A stretch of DNA of 64,000 nucleotides. Source: Takakia lepidozioides. Lineage: Eukaryota > Plantae > Bryophyta. The translations under genes were made by a program, and so were the position numbers. Shown here piece by piece: positions 10,576 through 22,578 of this stretch. The number at the start of each line of letters is the position of its first letter. The first letter of the stretch is position 1. The notes under the pieces are model-generated. The model was not told the origin of the DNA. It did no database searches and saw nothing but the letters and a program-made list of their open reading frames with translations. The stretch lies in NCBI GenBank assembly GCA_030704615.1, contig CM060733.1, forward strand, positions 3,906,001 through 3,970,000, given 5' to 3'.

Positions 10576-11473
10576 TAGGGTTCGGTTCTTCCTTTCAGCT
10601 ACGCCATTTTGTTGTGGTGTCCTCAGTTGTGTGAGCTGACGCTGAATTCCATGCTTATGACAATAATCCGTAAATGCATGAGAAAGAAATTCTCCCCCTC
10701 GATCAGTTCGGAGACATTTGATGCGTTTTTGCAGTTAGCTCATCAAGTGTGGGAAGATCTTTTTGACTCAATATGGATTGAACATAATGTTCATAGCTCT
10801 CAGGGAGAGCATTCATGACCATCTCGACTATTATGTCATCGCCTATCTTCTCTCCAAAACCAGCCAGCTGATTTAACAAATCTTGGACAGTTTCCAAGAA
10901 GCTTTCCATGGATGAATCTTCCTGCATTTTCAGATTAGTCAGTTTGTTCCGAATTGACAATCTCCTGGAAGATGTCTTGACCTCATAGAGACTCGCAAGT
11001 GTATCCCAGACTTGATTGGGATCATTCAGATGCTGGACATAAGGAATAACTTTGTCAGAAAGTGAGAGGTTTATAATGATAAGAGCTCTCTGCTTCCGCT
11101 TCTTCAAAGCCTCTTCCTGTGCTTGACTCGCATGACTTGCGGCCTTGACATCTTCCTCTGCTACATCTAAAAGATCTTCTCTCATAAGATAGCATAGTTT
11201 GACTGACCAGCCAACTTGTTGGCTTCCGACATGGTGTGCTCGATGACTCCGGACATTGTGATGAAAGAGACCAACAAAAAAAAACAAAATAAAGAAGAAG
11301 AAAAAAAAATGCCGCCAACTTGCTTTGGAACTGGGTTCCACAAAGCCTTTCGTGTCCACAATAAAACAAACGACTTCCTGGCGAGCAGAGCTCCACGCCT
11401 GAGATTCTTCCTAGTGATCTCTTTACACTTCAAGTACGGTGATTCCCTACGTCCCTCCTCCGCTCTGATACCA

Positions 11474-11729
11474 TGAAGAAATTGTAGAACCTTTACTAGG
11501 TGACAGGATCTCTGGGACAAAATACCAATCCCCTTGAGGGCAAAACTATTATATGCCGAGAGGCCACCGCTAACCTGAATAGGCAATAAAAGCTCTGGTA
11601 GCTGTAAAGCCAAGGAACTAGGAAAGAATTGATAACTACCTACCACTGTTGGTGATTAACTACATGTCAGCTATGTGATGAATATGGTAAACATGTGGAA
11701 TGTAATTAAGCTAGCCTGATCTTTCAACA
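11474..11729 (-). repeat. 5' LTR of the Copia element (256 bp)
   Basis: TG...CA boundaries immediately upstream of the Met-i PBS. Confidence 0.85.
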
Positions 11730-11739
11730 GAATGGCCAT

Positions 11740-12254
11740 GCCATGTTCCCAGATTCGGATTTGATCTTGTTGTGATATGCAGTTTCGTAGATCTTTGGGT
11801 CAAATAGACTATAATATTCGCATTTCCACCGTAGGTCAATTCTCCGTGACCCTTGAGTTTTCGCCGGAATTCCCCGACGTCCCCTGCGAGCGGCCGAGAC
11901 TCCGGTGGAATATAAGCGCTGGTCCCCTTCGGTAAAGTGCTTGTTCTTGCTGTTACCTACCGGAGGACCTCCGTCCCCGAAAAAGGCAGAGCAAGCCTCT
12001 CTGAGGCTCATTCCTCTTCCTTCGGCAGTTTTGCCACTACCGTGGTTGTTGCCAACGTTAGGGGATCCCCCATTCCGAGAGGTGACGGGGCCAGGCCTGT
12101 TAGATTTGGAGTCGTATGCCACTGCCTGTGGTGCCGATAGATTTACCACTTCAGCGCTGTTATTGGACATCGCAGGCTGAGCATCTATTTCTCGTATATT
12201 GCCTACACCAAGAAGGGGAATGTGTACCTCCAGCGACTTAGAGAATGGAACCAT
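11740..12254 (-). pseudogene. N-terminal fragment of group II intron maturase in cox2i373
   Basis: ORF ends LFDPKIYETAYHNKIKSESGNM, resembling the AY..IKSKPGNM motif at the start of mitochondrial maturase RT domains. Cut off at the Copia LTR. Confidence 0.7.
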
Positions 12255-12467
12255 AGGCCTCTTAGCTAGGGGAGCCTTTTCAGTGTATAGGTTTAACTTA
12301 AACTCCCCGTCCCTGGCATGCTCTAGTCCCTCGAGTCTTTCGACGTAAAACGAGAATGTTTTTTTCTCGTCTCCCTTTCGGTAAGCCAGAAGCTTTGCGG
12401 ACCATAGAACATAGAACTAGGCCGGTGCATTTCGTTGCACTTCCATCACTCTCGTGAAAGGGCGCAC

Positions 12468-12736
12468 TCCGATATCGTTGATGTCCAATAGCTTTGATAG
12501 TAATTGTTGGATCTACTACCTCGTCCATTGGATGTAATGAAGCAAAAGATGGTATAGCAATAAACATCGGAATAATACGAGGAGAAATGGTCCGAATAAT
12601 CTCTATAGTAGTTCCATGAACAATCCTTTCTGGAATTGGATTTCTTTTATAGTGAAGATGCCATGAAGCGCGAACCAACATCCGTGATACAAAGATCAAA
12701 ATAATGATTGGGAAGAAAAAGATATCATGATGTGGG
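12468..12736 (-). pseudogene. cox2: cox2 internal exon (unedited, 269 nt) within NUMT
   Basis: Translates [36 protein letters not shown]. Length 269 = 373-104, matching intron sites cox2i104 and cox2i373. Confidence 0.92.
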
Positions 12737-13123
12737 ATAGGGGTCGGCGCTTGGTGCCTGCCCTCAGAACCATACGTGGCAGTTTTCCATCATGAAGCTC
12801 GATGCCTTGAACCTCGGCCTTGGGGGGGGGGAGGCGGAGCATACTTCGCCCCCTTCTCCGAAACAGAAGATGAAACGTAACGGCGCTACGCGCACATTGT
12901 GGTTGGTGTGGTCTTCCCCGAAATTCGGCGCACTACAGGCTACAACCTCTCCATAGTTAAGCAAGTATGTAGAATCGAAAATAAAAATATATATATTTTT
13001 CTTCTCCGGTCTCTCTTCGACTCTTTCGAGCTTGGGGGGCGCTACGCGCACCTTTGTTCGCGAAGCGAGCAAAGTGGGCGTGTGTTGGACAATTAGTTAG
13101 CGGGGAAGCTTGCGAAGAAGCAA

Positions 13124-13125
<2 letters not shown>

Positions 13126-13167
<42 letters not shown>
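13126..13167. repeat. (TA)n microsatellite
   Basis: About 20 TA units inside the NUMT intron. Confidence 0.9.
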
Positions 13168-13169
<2 letters not shown>

Positions 13170-13669
13170 CTCACCGTATTTTGCGAACTATTGCGGCGGA
13201 GTGGAATCACCGACGAGGCCGTGGGCTGATGGCTTCGTGACACGTAGCTAGGAAGGTGGGATCACTGGGGGAGTAGCAGTCCATTGTATCTTCCATCTCT
13301 GCATCTACAGGCTTTCACTCGCCCCTCAACTGAGATACGGACACGGAAAAGAAATAGATAGATTTTTTTCGTTCGCGTATGTAGTTCGAGACCTCATAGA
13401 GGATACGAAACAGTCTTAGGCTGATCCCCACAAGGCTGCTATTATGTTATGGGGATATTTCCTTTTTCCGAATCAAGTTGAGCATTGTGCATTGAAGTGG
13501 GTGTAGTAACAAATTCAACCCTCCCAAGCTCGAGGACAACAATACAGAAAGTAAAGTTGATTTAAATATCTCGTCGGTGTCCAAAGATGTGAATGTTACC
13601 AGTACTGCACTTTCTCAAAAGTAGAAATGCAATCGACACTTTTTATGCATCAATGTTATGAAAAACATA

Positions 13670-14424
13670 GGGGTTCTGCCTGTCCGCTATGGGCTGCCTT
13701 GGGGCACATGCACTCTGGGCAATTTGGAAGGCTAGATGCACTTTAATCTTTGAGGGGAAGCGCCCCAGCATCAGAGCGATCCTTTGCAATTGTTTTTTGG
13801 ATCTGATGACTGAGGGGTGTAAAGCGTGGGTGTCCTTGCAAGCAGCTGTCAGCAGGTGCAGCGAAAGAAGGAGCAGACAACTTTTCGCGGATTTCGACAT
13901 CACCTGGGCCAAAGACGGTTTGCTCTGCACCAAGATCTCTAACTCTAGAATCGAATGGCATGACCACCTCCCCGGCAATTGGCAAGTCGCCAGCTGAGTC
14001 TGACGCCCCCGACATCAACTGTAAGCACAACAAGACCCACAGCTCCAAATCCAAAGTGCATCTAGATTTCAGTTGCTAGTTCCAACTTAGTCTTCGGGAG
14101 GTGCTAGTTTTGTGAATAGTACCCTCCAGTTTCTCCCTTTCTCATTTCTAACTGGTAGCTTGATCTACCTCTCTCTCCTTCTGTCATGGCTCTGATTAGT
14201 CTCCCTCTTTGGCTTGCCAGACTTATGCACCCCCCTGCTTAGCCACTATATGGCTTAATCCGGCCTTTTCCCCTTTTTTTTCTGTTTAGTGTTGGGTGTT
14301 CCCATGAGACACGCCTTTACGGTCTTCCTGGAGGTTATTTTTTCCTCCTTCTGTCATGTTTTCCCCTTTATTAATAAATTTCATTAGGGCCTCTTCCCCC
14401 TGTTTGGAAAAAAAAAAAAAAAAA
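13670..14424 (+). mobile_element. L1-type LINE 3' fragment with poly(A) tail
   Basis: HALWAIWKARCTLIFEG, the ORF2 C-terminal WxIWKxR motif, then a pyrimidine-rich 3' UTR, aataaa and an A-tail at ~14408-14424. Confidence 0.8.
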
Positions 14425-14429
14425 CCTAT

Positions 14430-16360
14430 CGCATGTGGCCAATGTGTGGGAAAGAGGAGAACTGATCCCGCCACCCCTTCTTACCTCTCTCCTAAATTCT
14501 TCATCAATTCGCAATGGTTGGGAGCTGTAGGTCAAACAAGGGGTTTCATTTGTTACTCCCTTATTATTTGGAGGGATACTTCTGCTAGTGACTTTCCTTG
14601 TTGGTTCGGCAGCTCGATTGGCCTCACCTACACTGCCATTCTATTGCTAGAAATATTGTCTGGTTCTAATTGGCTTGGTCTTACTTTCAAGACATCTACT
14701 GAGGGGTGGCTGGATTTTATTGGAACTGGGGGTGTACCTCTGGAAGAGGCATTCAGGATTAGGGTCATTGATTTCGCGACTGGCTCACTTGATCCCAGGC
14801 CTCCCCTTGGAGAAGAGATCTGTTGGGCCAAAAACACGCCCCTCATTTGGTTCCTTTGCTTCCCTCTCAGCAGATTTCAGTTGGATCCTGGAGAATGGAC
14901 TTGGAAGGATAGAGACAAAACACCTTTTCTTGGTTACAAGGTCAAGCAAGGATACAAGCTCCTGTTAGGTGACTCCTGCTTTGCTGCTAAGTGGAATGCA
15001 AAGTGGAACATTGACATGTCTAGACAATGATGGAATAGTATCTGGAAGGACGTCTTGGCCAAGCACAGATCGACAAAAGTCAAGGCTTTTCTGTGGAAAG
15101 TAGCTAATGATCCTTCCAGTGGCCATAACCATCCCAGAGCTAAACCACTGTTGTTTGGGATGTCGAGGAGGGATACAAGAGACAATTGAGCACTGTCTCC
15201 TTCACAGCTAGATCTCCTCCAGGGTGTGGAGCCATGTCACTGCCTTTTACTCTAAATGGGAAACCCTGCTGCCCATTTCTAACCACCAGCTACTTATCAA
15301 TTTACAGAATGGGTCCTCTTCGAAGGCCTGCTCAATATGGGCAAATCTGTTGACAGAGTTTATAAATCTACACACATCTACAACGAGATTTCACAGCCAG
15401 AGTCCTACGATCTGTATATTCAAACACGAGAGAGAGAGAGTAGTAAGTAGGAAACAACAAGACAACTATACTCTTAGATTCTTGAAAAACAAGATTTCAT
15501 AACAGTCAGGCTTTACGTCTATCTGTATTCTGTCCAGTAATGAGCAATCAATATATTTGACCAGCCGTCACTAATTTAAAATCAAACTCCTCATGATGAA
15601 GGTGTGTGGATGTAAATTGTTGTAATCCTACAAAATCTAAGAGCATTCTCTCTTTGGGCGATTTGGAAAGCTAGGTGCACTTTGGTATTTGAGGGAACAA
15701 GCCCCAGCATCAAAGGTATTCTGTGCAAAATTTATGCAGATCTAATGACTGAGGGCCATAAGGCGTGGATGGTTTTGCTTGCAGCTTCCAGCAGATGCAA
15801 TGATTGAAGAGGAGGTAACAGATGTTCTCGGACTTCGACATCACCTGGGCTAAAGACAACATCCTCTGCTCCAGGATCTCTGATACTAGAATCTCTTGGA
15901 ATGACAACATCCCCAGGGATTGGCAAATCACCTGCTGAGTGATATCAATTGATGTCACTAGAAGCTTAGCTCCTACAAATTGAAGGTCCAGCTGGATTTT
16001 GGGGCCTAAAAGAAGTATGGTGTTAACGCCTCCCTGATTAGACACTGGTTTCTTTATAGCTGTGTGGCCTTGCGCTTTGTTTGGCGATGGCATGTTTTCG
16101 CTAGCTGCTTCTTAGCTAGGCTCTTTCCCGCAGCCCCTAGAACTTTTGACTTGATGGAACAATCCCGTTGTTCTCCCCCCCTCCTTCATGTTTCTGGGTG
16201 CACCCCTGTGTTTCGCCTTCACGGCTTCCCTCGGAGGTTATTTTTTCCTCCATCTTGTTCTAATGTTTTTTGGAAATAAAGTTCGCCCAGCCCAGTGGCC
16301 TCTGACAGTCCCTTGTTCCTAAAACTGAAATAAAATAAAAAATAAAATAAAATAAAAACA
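14430..16360 (+). mobile_element. L1-type LINE 3' fragment (zf-RVT region), same family, interrupted by a solo LTR
   Basis: WNSIWK...KVKAFLWK...ETIEHCL..VW (zf-RVT-like). Frame resumes across the solo LTR as WANL|RAFSLWAIWKARC. A-rich tail at ~16320-16360. Confidence 0.8.
15348..15632. mobile_element. Solo LTR (285 bp)
   Basis: TGTTG...CTACA ends with perfect 5-bp TSD aaatc (15343-15347 and 15633-15637). Removing it restores the L1 frame. Confidence 0.88.
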
Positions 16361-16375
16361 GAGCCGTGTGCTTAA

Positions 16376-16831
16376 CCCCTAAACGCCCGCCGGCCTCCGT
16401 TGATTTTTTACCAAAAAGCAGGGCCCGGCCAGAAAAACTAGCGTAAATTTTGAAAAACAATGAATCTTGAAAAAGTGACCGAACAATATGAAGCCACCTA
16501 CCCCAGGCAGGTCCTGCCCAATTTTGGAGCCAATCAGACAACTAGTGCGAAAACCCCACCGTTGCAAGTGGGGTCCATTTTTGGAAATTTGTGCAGCCCA
16601 AAATAAACCAAAATGGAGATTTGTGGTCAGGATGGAAAAAAATTGGACTGCTGTACCCGAAAACGTGGTGGCCGTTGGGCACGATTTAGGCAATCGATCT
16701 CGCATGGACCATCCTGATGCAGACATGCAGTGCACCCACCAAAAAAAACAAAAAAAGGCCAAAATCTGCTCCTGGCAGAACTATTTGTGTAAAAATAAAC
16801 GACCAATTTTGGGCCTGCGGGCGTTTAGGGG
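16376..16831. mobile_element. piggyBac-like MITE (TTAA TSD)
   Basis: 20-bp TIR cccctaaacgcccgc(c/a)ggcc (19/20 match), flanked by TTAA at 16372-16375 and 16832-16835. Confidence 0.8.
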
Positions 16832-17639
16832 TTAATTATCCCCTCACCTTCCACGCCACCTTTGTTTCACTTGTCATACAAGTCATCCAAGCCGTGCATT
16901 TACCCCAACCTTGTGAAGATGAAGACCACATCGATCGATTAGTCTAATGATGGCCAAGAGGTCCACAGTTCTTATTAGTTCAGATTCCTCCCCCCAGACT
17001 TCGACAAATTCGGCTTTCGTCATCTAAGTGGCACTAATGTCGGATGCCACTCACATGTATAATCCAATCAAGAGCATTTATTTCGGAGAGATGCTCCGGT
17101 CCACCTGCATGTTGGAATGAGGTTGGAAGTATAGACCGTACATGCCTCCAGATGCGGAGAACCTTAAATTGCCCAAGAGCATTACCAAACGGTCCCACCT
17201 TGAGGCTACAAATTGCCTAGAGCTCATCACTCCCTCTCCGTGTGCGTGCTCAAGAAAGCGGTAGTCATGTCAGGGGCTTTCATGTCAGGGGTTCTCCTCG
17301 AGTCTGAAGTCTGGGGTGAGTAGTGAGTACTCAACTTGATTTGACAGCTGCTATGTGCAGCATTGGTGAAGCACAGGCATCGTTTGTTGGACATGATGTG
17401 ATTGGGCAAGAATGGAACAACCATTGGGAAGGGTCCACGGAACAGCCATCAACAACCTCCCCACGGTCTCTTATACACATGTACATGCCCAGCCGCTATT
17501 TTAGTTCTGCGGGGCTGTCTCAAACCGTGCTGAGATCAACGAAAACCCTACACAACAGTAAATCAACAGTCACATCAATTGAGTAGGTGGGTTTTGATTT
17601 TGGAGTTGCGGTGCCGCCAATTAACCTCCAGCAGCTCCT

Positions 17640-18060
17640 CCCGCTCACATGAAGTTTACAGATGGGAGGTCGACGACCCAGGTAAGGAACAGATAGATCC
17701 GTTCTTAGAGTCAAATTTAAATCCGCAAGCAGCTCACGTTGTCTTCTTTGACAACATGTGCAAAAAATTGAAACCATAACATTCCATGCTTTCCTCGCCT
17801 CAGTCATCAAATCCCGAAAACTCGTGTTCAAAACAGCAGAGATGCTAGAATCTTTCCACAGCTGCCAGAGTGTGCGAAGGTCCAAGAAGCTCCCAGGACA
17901 CCAGTGAGAAGCATGAGAAAGGAGGGGGCAGCGAATTGCTTTCCAATTGGCATAGAAGGAAAGGACTCTGGCCCATACATTAGCTGCCAGCGGACACGAG
18001 ATAAGGCAATGCTCAATAGATTCAAGATTGGATCCAGGGCAAAAAAAGGGCAAAAGCCAT
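17640..18060 (-). mobile_element. L1-type LINE fragment (third copy)
   Basis: ESIEHCLISCPLAANVW..LRTLWQLWK..DLMTEARKAW, homologous to 13689-13997. Confidence 0.75.
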
Positions 18061-20078
18061 GGTCCGGGTCAATAAAAGAACCAACAAGTTGCACTAGGAA
18101 CAAGGCAAAGCTACATATGCAGGGAAGGAATCAAACCTAATTGAAGATGGGTGCATTGGTGCCTTTGGTGCTGTTGGAGCAGTGCTTGGTAAGCATAGTC
18201 CCTGGATGCTTCTTTGAGTTTACGTGTAGAAAATTTGGCTGTTAGCTGAACTTTGCCACAGTTGGGTCATGGCCAACTTGATTTAACAGTATAGCAAATA
18301 TGAACCACACGAATCGTTTGTTAGACATGATGTGATTGGCAAGAATGGAAGCTTAAGTAAGCAAGACCTCACTTGTGCATGTATGTGTATGAGAAACCGT
18401 AGAGAGGTATGTTCTGTGGCTGATGTTGTGGCTCAGGGTAATTTGCTACAGGATTGGGAGGACTGAAATTGGCTCTCAATGTATGTGAGGGGGTGGTGCC
18501 AGGCATACGGAATGCTATTGATGAGGCCCCCTCACTGGCCAAGGAAAGCTTGTGTGTAAATCTATCTCTCAGCTGCAATTCCTCCTGTGTATATACCTCT
18601 CCTGTCTGTCAATCGGTCCCGTTGCCACCCTTTTTCCAGTGTCGGCTTCCAACTGTTCATGCTGACAAGAAAGCAATTGTACTTGTTCCAAATAACAATG
18701 ATCAACTGGGAGACAAATGAAGTCTTTTTCACTTTTGCCACTACGACACATAATGCTGCATCTTTTGTATTCTATTGGCACAAATACGTGATTCATGATC
18801 AAGAGTTCATAGAAGTTTGATCCTGGGTTTCCTTGTCAAGGTTGTTCACTTGCCAGTAATGACATTTGTGACGATGATAGCAGTTTCTTAGTAGGAGATG
18901 GGGCACGCAAGTGGGGCTTTGAAGCATCATATCTCTGCTGTGACCACTGCTGCTGAAGCTGACGAGGTATATATCTGAACACTTTCAGAGGGAAATGGGA
19001 TGGAATAGGAGCCAGTCGTGCTAAGACTGGCAATCATGAGTTGACCTGGTGTAGGGACAGAGTTTGAGTGGGGCTTGGAGGCAATATAATGCACATTTTG
19101 GTAGTCACCCTGTGATCAGTGAAGTTGAGACGCAGTGGCTTATAAGCAAGAAAGCACGCCAGCAGTGGGAAAAGTACAAGCACATGCTACAAATTGCCAT
19201 GTCAACATCCGGTGGGGAAACCCTCTCAGAACCTGATGCAGATGCATCTGAATGTTGGGGCAAGACAGGTTTGCATTCACATCAATTTTAACTCATGACA
19301 ATGACAACACCCCTGTTTGACACATGATACAGCTCAGAAGAAAAAAAGTGAGGCGATTTATATTGTTCATACAGCTTATATGGTTTTGAGAGAGAGAATG
19401 TACTGATGAGACCTTGTTTGCCCCACACCCAGTTTGGGCAGAACAAGAGGGAGAGAGAGAGAAAGTCCTCATCTGCGGTTCCATGCAAACATTGGCTATG
19501 ACATGCCCTTCCCGTAAATTACTGGCTTAAAACCACAGTTTTGAGGCCTCATTGATGATTGTTCTGACTGGTATCAATGTCAGTGATCTGCGGAGGAGTT
19601 GAGGTGGTGTCGTAGTAATTTAGCCCGTTTGTGAATGCTTAAAAATGTTGTTAGCACACAATTTTCTTTTCGTGAAACACGTGTTGTGGCCTCTGGGAGA
19701 TACTAATCCTCCTGGAGCGCTGGTAAGGGAGCCCATCAGTGTATATGAGACTGAACCCAAAATTGCTTTGGTGCTCCCCTCAATGTTACTGTTGATGTCT
19801 GTGTTGGCATGACATTAACTCGGCAGACTACGTTGATTCCAGCACTGCTGCTCCAGCCCTCTAGCTGGAAGCAGAGGTGGCGACTGTAGTTGTGTCGGCA
19901 CTACCAGTAACATGTTAAAGGGGAAGGGCACAGACAATGTACTCGTGCCACTCCCTACAAACGTTGGCTGGCCATAACTTGCGGCCTTGACCCTGCGGGA
20001 AACTAACCTTCCCGGAGCCTTTTGTGGGAGCCTTTTGTGGGGTTTGCACCCACCAGGGCTAGAGAAAGGGCCTAGAGA

Positions 20079-20166
20079 ATGTACTCATAAGTTGCCGTAG
20101 CCTTGTGGCCATAGACCCTGCGCCCAGTTTGGGCGGAAGAAAAGGGAACAGATACTACCTTTGTGA
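20079..20166 (-). mobile_element. Short 3' end of RTE-X-like LINE family A
   Basis: Shares ...aaactgggcgc..ggtc.atggccacaaggctacggcaa..tatgagtaca with the copies at 20787 and 22579. A weaker copy lies at ~19398-19450. Confidence 0.7.
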
Positions 20167-20786
20167 GGGGCATAGGGAGAGAGGGGGAGAGGTATTGCTG
20201 TCGGCCACTGTACCTCGCAAGCTGGGCCTGACCTGCTTGTGAAGAAGTGCTGAATTTTCTGCTGGACAGAATGATGGCTTGTGGTAGTGGTGATGTGGGT
20301 ATATTGCTCTTACAGGCTGAGACCTTTGCACATTGTATGTGGCTTCTCTCTCTCTCTCCCATAGGCACTTGTGGCCATGTGCATCTTACAGAGTTTAGTT
20401 CTTTCTTTCTCAGTCTCCGTCACGTATGTGTCCCTTGGGCTGTATGGGCCTCCCCTGGATCCAATACATTTCTTTCTTTTTCCCCTCTCTCCCAATGTCA
20501 TCTCCCCTGGGCTCTTTAGGCCTTCTACAGACGCAGTAAATTTATTGTTCTCTCTCTCTCTGTTGGTGGTCTCTGGTCGGCTCACGAAAACTTCTTATTT
20601 ATCTTGCACTGCACTCTACTGAAGGTTGGTTGTATCAGCGTTCTGGTGTGAATTTTGTTCTCTTGACGGAAAAGAACCTGGAGAAGGCCTACGTGCTTTG
20701 AATCAGGATGATTGAAGCACACTTGGCTTTTTTTCCTAGACAACAGTCTGATCGTTGCTAACACATCTGTCTGTGTTCTCAACAGA

Positions 20787-21360
20787 TTGTACTCATAAGA
20801 CGTTGTTTGCCGTAGCCTTGTGGCCATTGACCCCGCGCCCAGTTTGAGCGGGAACAAAAGGGACAGAACCTACCTCTGTCAGGGGCTGACGTTGGTAGTA
20901 AGACTTACCTCCATATAAAGAATTAATCCGGGTTTTCCAGATATCCTCTAGAAATCCCTTCACACAAGCATCAATCTGCTGTGTGTGATTTGCCCAAAAA
21001 CTAGGCCTCAGGAGGGCCTGGGCTTTTGGCTCAGCCTCGAGACTTTCAAAGTTGGTAAACAGGGGTACAGGCACAATTCCCTTAATAGACTTGAAGAGAG
21101 CGTCTCTTTGGTGAGAGAACCCCGGACAGTGTATCAGAAAATGAATACTGTCTTCAGATTGCCCACACAACGGGCAATTGCACTCTCCCTTTCCTCTCTG
21201 CTTCTGTTTGCTGTTCAAAGGTAGGCTTCCTGCCCTGAGTTTAAATTTCAGTCTAGTGCCGAGAGTGGGTAGACCCTTGAGGTCATCCAAGATGTCCTCC
21301 CCCATGTCACAGACTGGAAACAAGTTCAGGGAAGTTTTCTGCCTAACTTCATTTTCAACT
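20787..21360 (-). mobile_element. 5'-truncated non-LTR retrotransposon (RTE-X-like family A)
   Basis: ORF2 C-terminus FKLRAGSLPL...CPLCGQSEDSIHFLIHC. Perfect 15-bp TSD tgtgttctcaacaga (20772-20786 and 21361-21375). Confidence 0.85.
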
Positions 21361-22578
21361 TGTGTTCTCAACAGAATGGACATGCGAGGCCAAATTTAGT
21401 CATGGTGGAGTTAGTAGCAGCGTTTACTTCACCGTCATGTGGAATTCTACTTGGGGAACTACATGGACCGACCAAAGGTGATACTCCCCATTAAGGTCTT
21501 TATTCTACTGGACTCCAACATCATATCACTTGTTTTGACATGGACTTCTTGCTAGGCATCTTAATAGTAAAGGTCCTTGTTGGGCTCTGTCTACATTATG
21601 CTTCTTGATTGCCTGAGATATGACAACCCTTTGTCTAGTACGGAGCCTCTTTGTGTTGCAATACTTTTTATTTGAGGTTGAAGTGGCCCAAAGTTTCAGG
21701 GTGGGTGTAGTCAAAGGTTGATGTGTAATGAGGGGGGGGAATGGGGGTTTGCACCTTGCAGACAATGATTTTGAGGCAGCCTAGTCATGCAGGAGTTGGG
21801 AAGGTTAGCCTTTTTGCTGCGCCCCATGTTCTTTCTTGAAGAAATTTGAGGAATCATCAGTGATATTATGGCTATGCATTGCATTGGTTTTGAACTTGAC
21901 TATTTTATACTTGCATTTTGGAGGTGGTTGGAGCAGTTCTGCTTTTGGGCAAGTCTAGACCAACGGTCTGTGGACTATCTCGGGAATTGTGACATAATTG
22001 GCCCCCCTTTCAAGGGTAAAGTGCCAAACTGATGGAGGGGAGTTTTGTCCCTGTGGTAGCACTGCTGCATGCAATCTACCGAAACTACAGTATCTTGAAG
22101 AAGAGGATGGTTTTTTCCACCCTCACCATCATTCAGATAAATTGACAATTTCCTAATGTGTTCTTCTTTTACTGTATTCTCTCTATCAACAAGGCGTGCT
22201 TTGTCGCGAGTCTGCAATCAGGAACCAGGTACGAGTAATTAGTTTTCTGAATCATCTCCACTATCTTGTACTGAAATGGAGAAATAAGCGTTCTCACTCT
22301 TGTAGTTGCAAGCTACCTTCATCACCTTTACCGCCAGGTAGAAGAGAAGCCCAAGAAGTCCAGCCCTCGTGCACACCGTGCACCCACTGGCCAGCCATGG
22401 ACGCATTCCACTTCATGATGAGAAGGCCCGGCACGGCCTTCGGCATGTCTGTAGCATCATATAATGGTGGGTTGCTGGGCCCTGGCCTGCACAGGTTGCC
22501 AGTTACCACCTACCTGTCGCCAAGTTGTTGATCCTACAAGCTGTGAGTGCAGCTCCGTAGCAGGTTGGAGATTAAAGG

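Larger units (their letters stand above)
8647..11729 (-). mobile_element. Ty1/Copia LTR retrotransposon, internally deleted and 3'-truncated
   Basis: 5' LTR 11729-11474 (TGTTG...TCA) and Met-i PBS tggtatcagagcg at 11473-11461. Gag ~11270-10730. Integrase KRIKCLRTDRGGEF..PQQNG..ERKNRT, GKLDAK, RT (KARLVARG, LYGLKQAPRAW, YVDD) and partial RNase H. No PPT or 3' LTR. Confidence 0.95.
11740..13420 (-). other. cox2: NUMT: mitochondrial cox2 region (3' part of intron cox2i104, exon, 5' part of intron cox2i373); right boundary approximate
   Basis: cox2 exon flanked by group II intron domain V/VI (gagcttcatgatggaaaactgccacgtatggttc...cctat) and a gtgcg 5' splice site. Embedded between nuclear TEs. 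Confidence 0.9.

Noticed and set aside
12298-12699. ORF as a functional nuclear cox2 gene
   Set aside because: Single unedited exon reading into a group II intron, with no targeting peptide; it is a NUMT.
18400-19290. Possible decayed coding sequence
   Set aside because: Coding-like composition but multiple stops and no family I can recognise.
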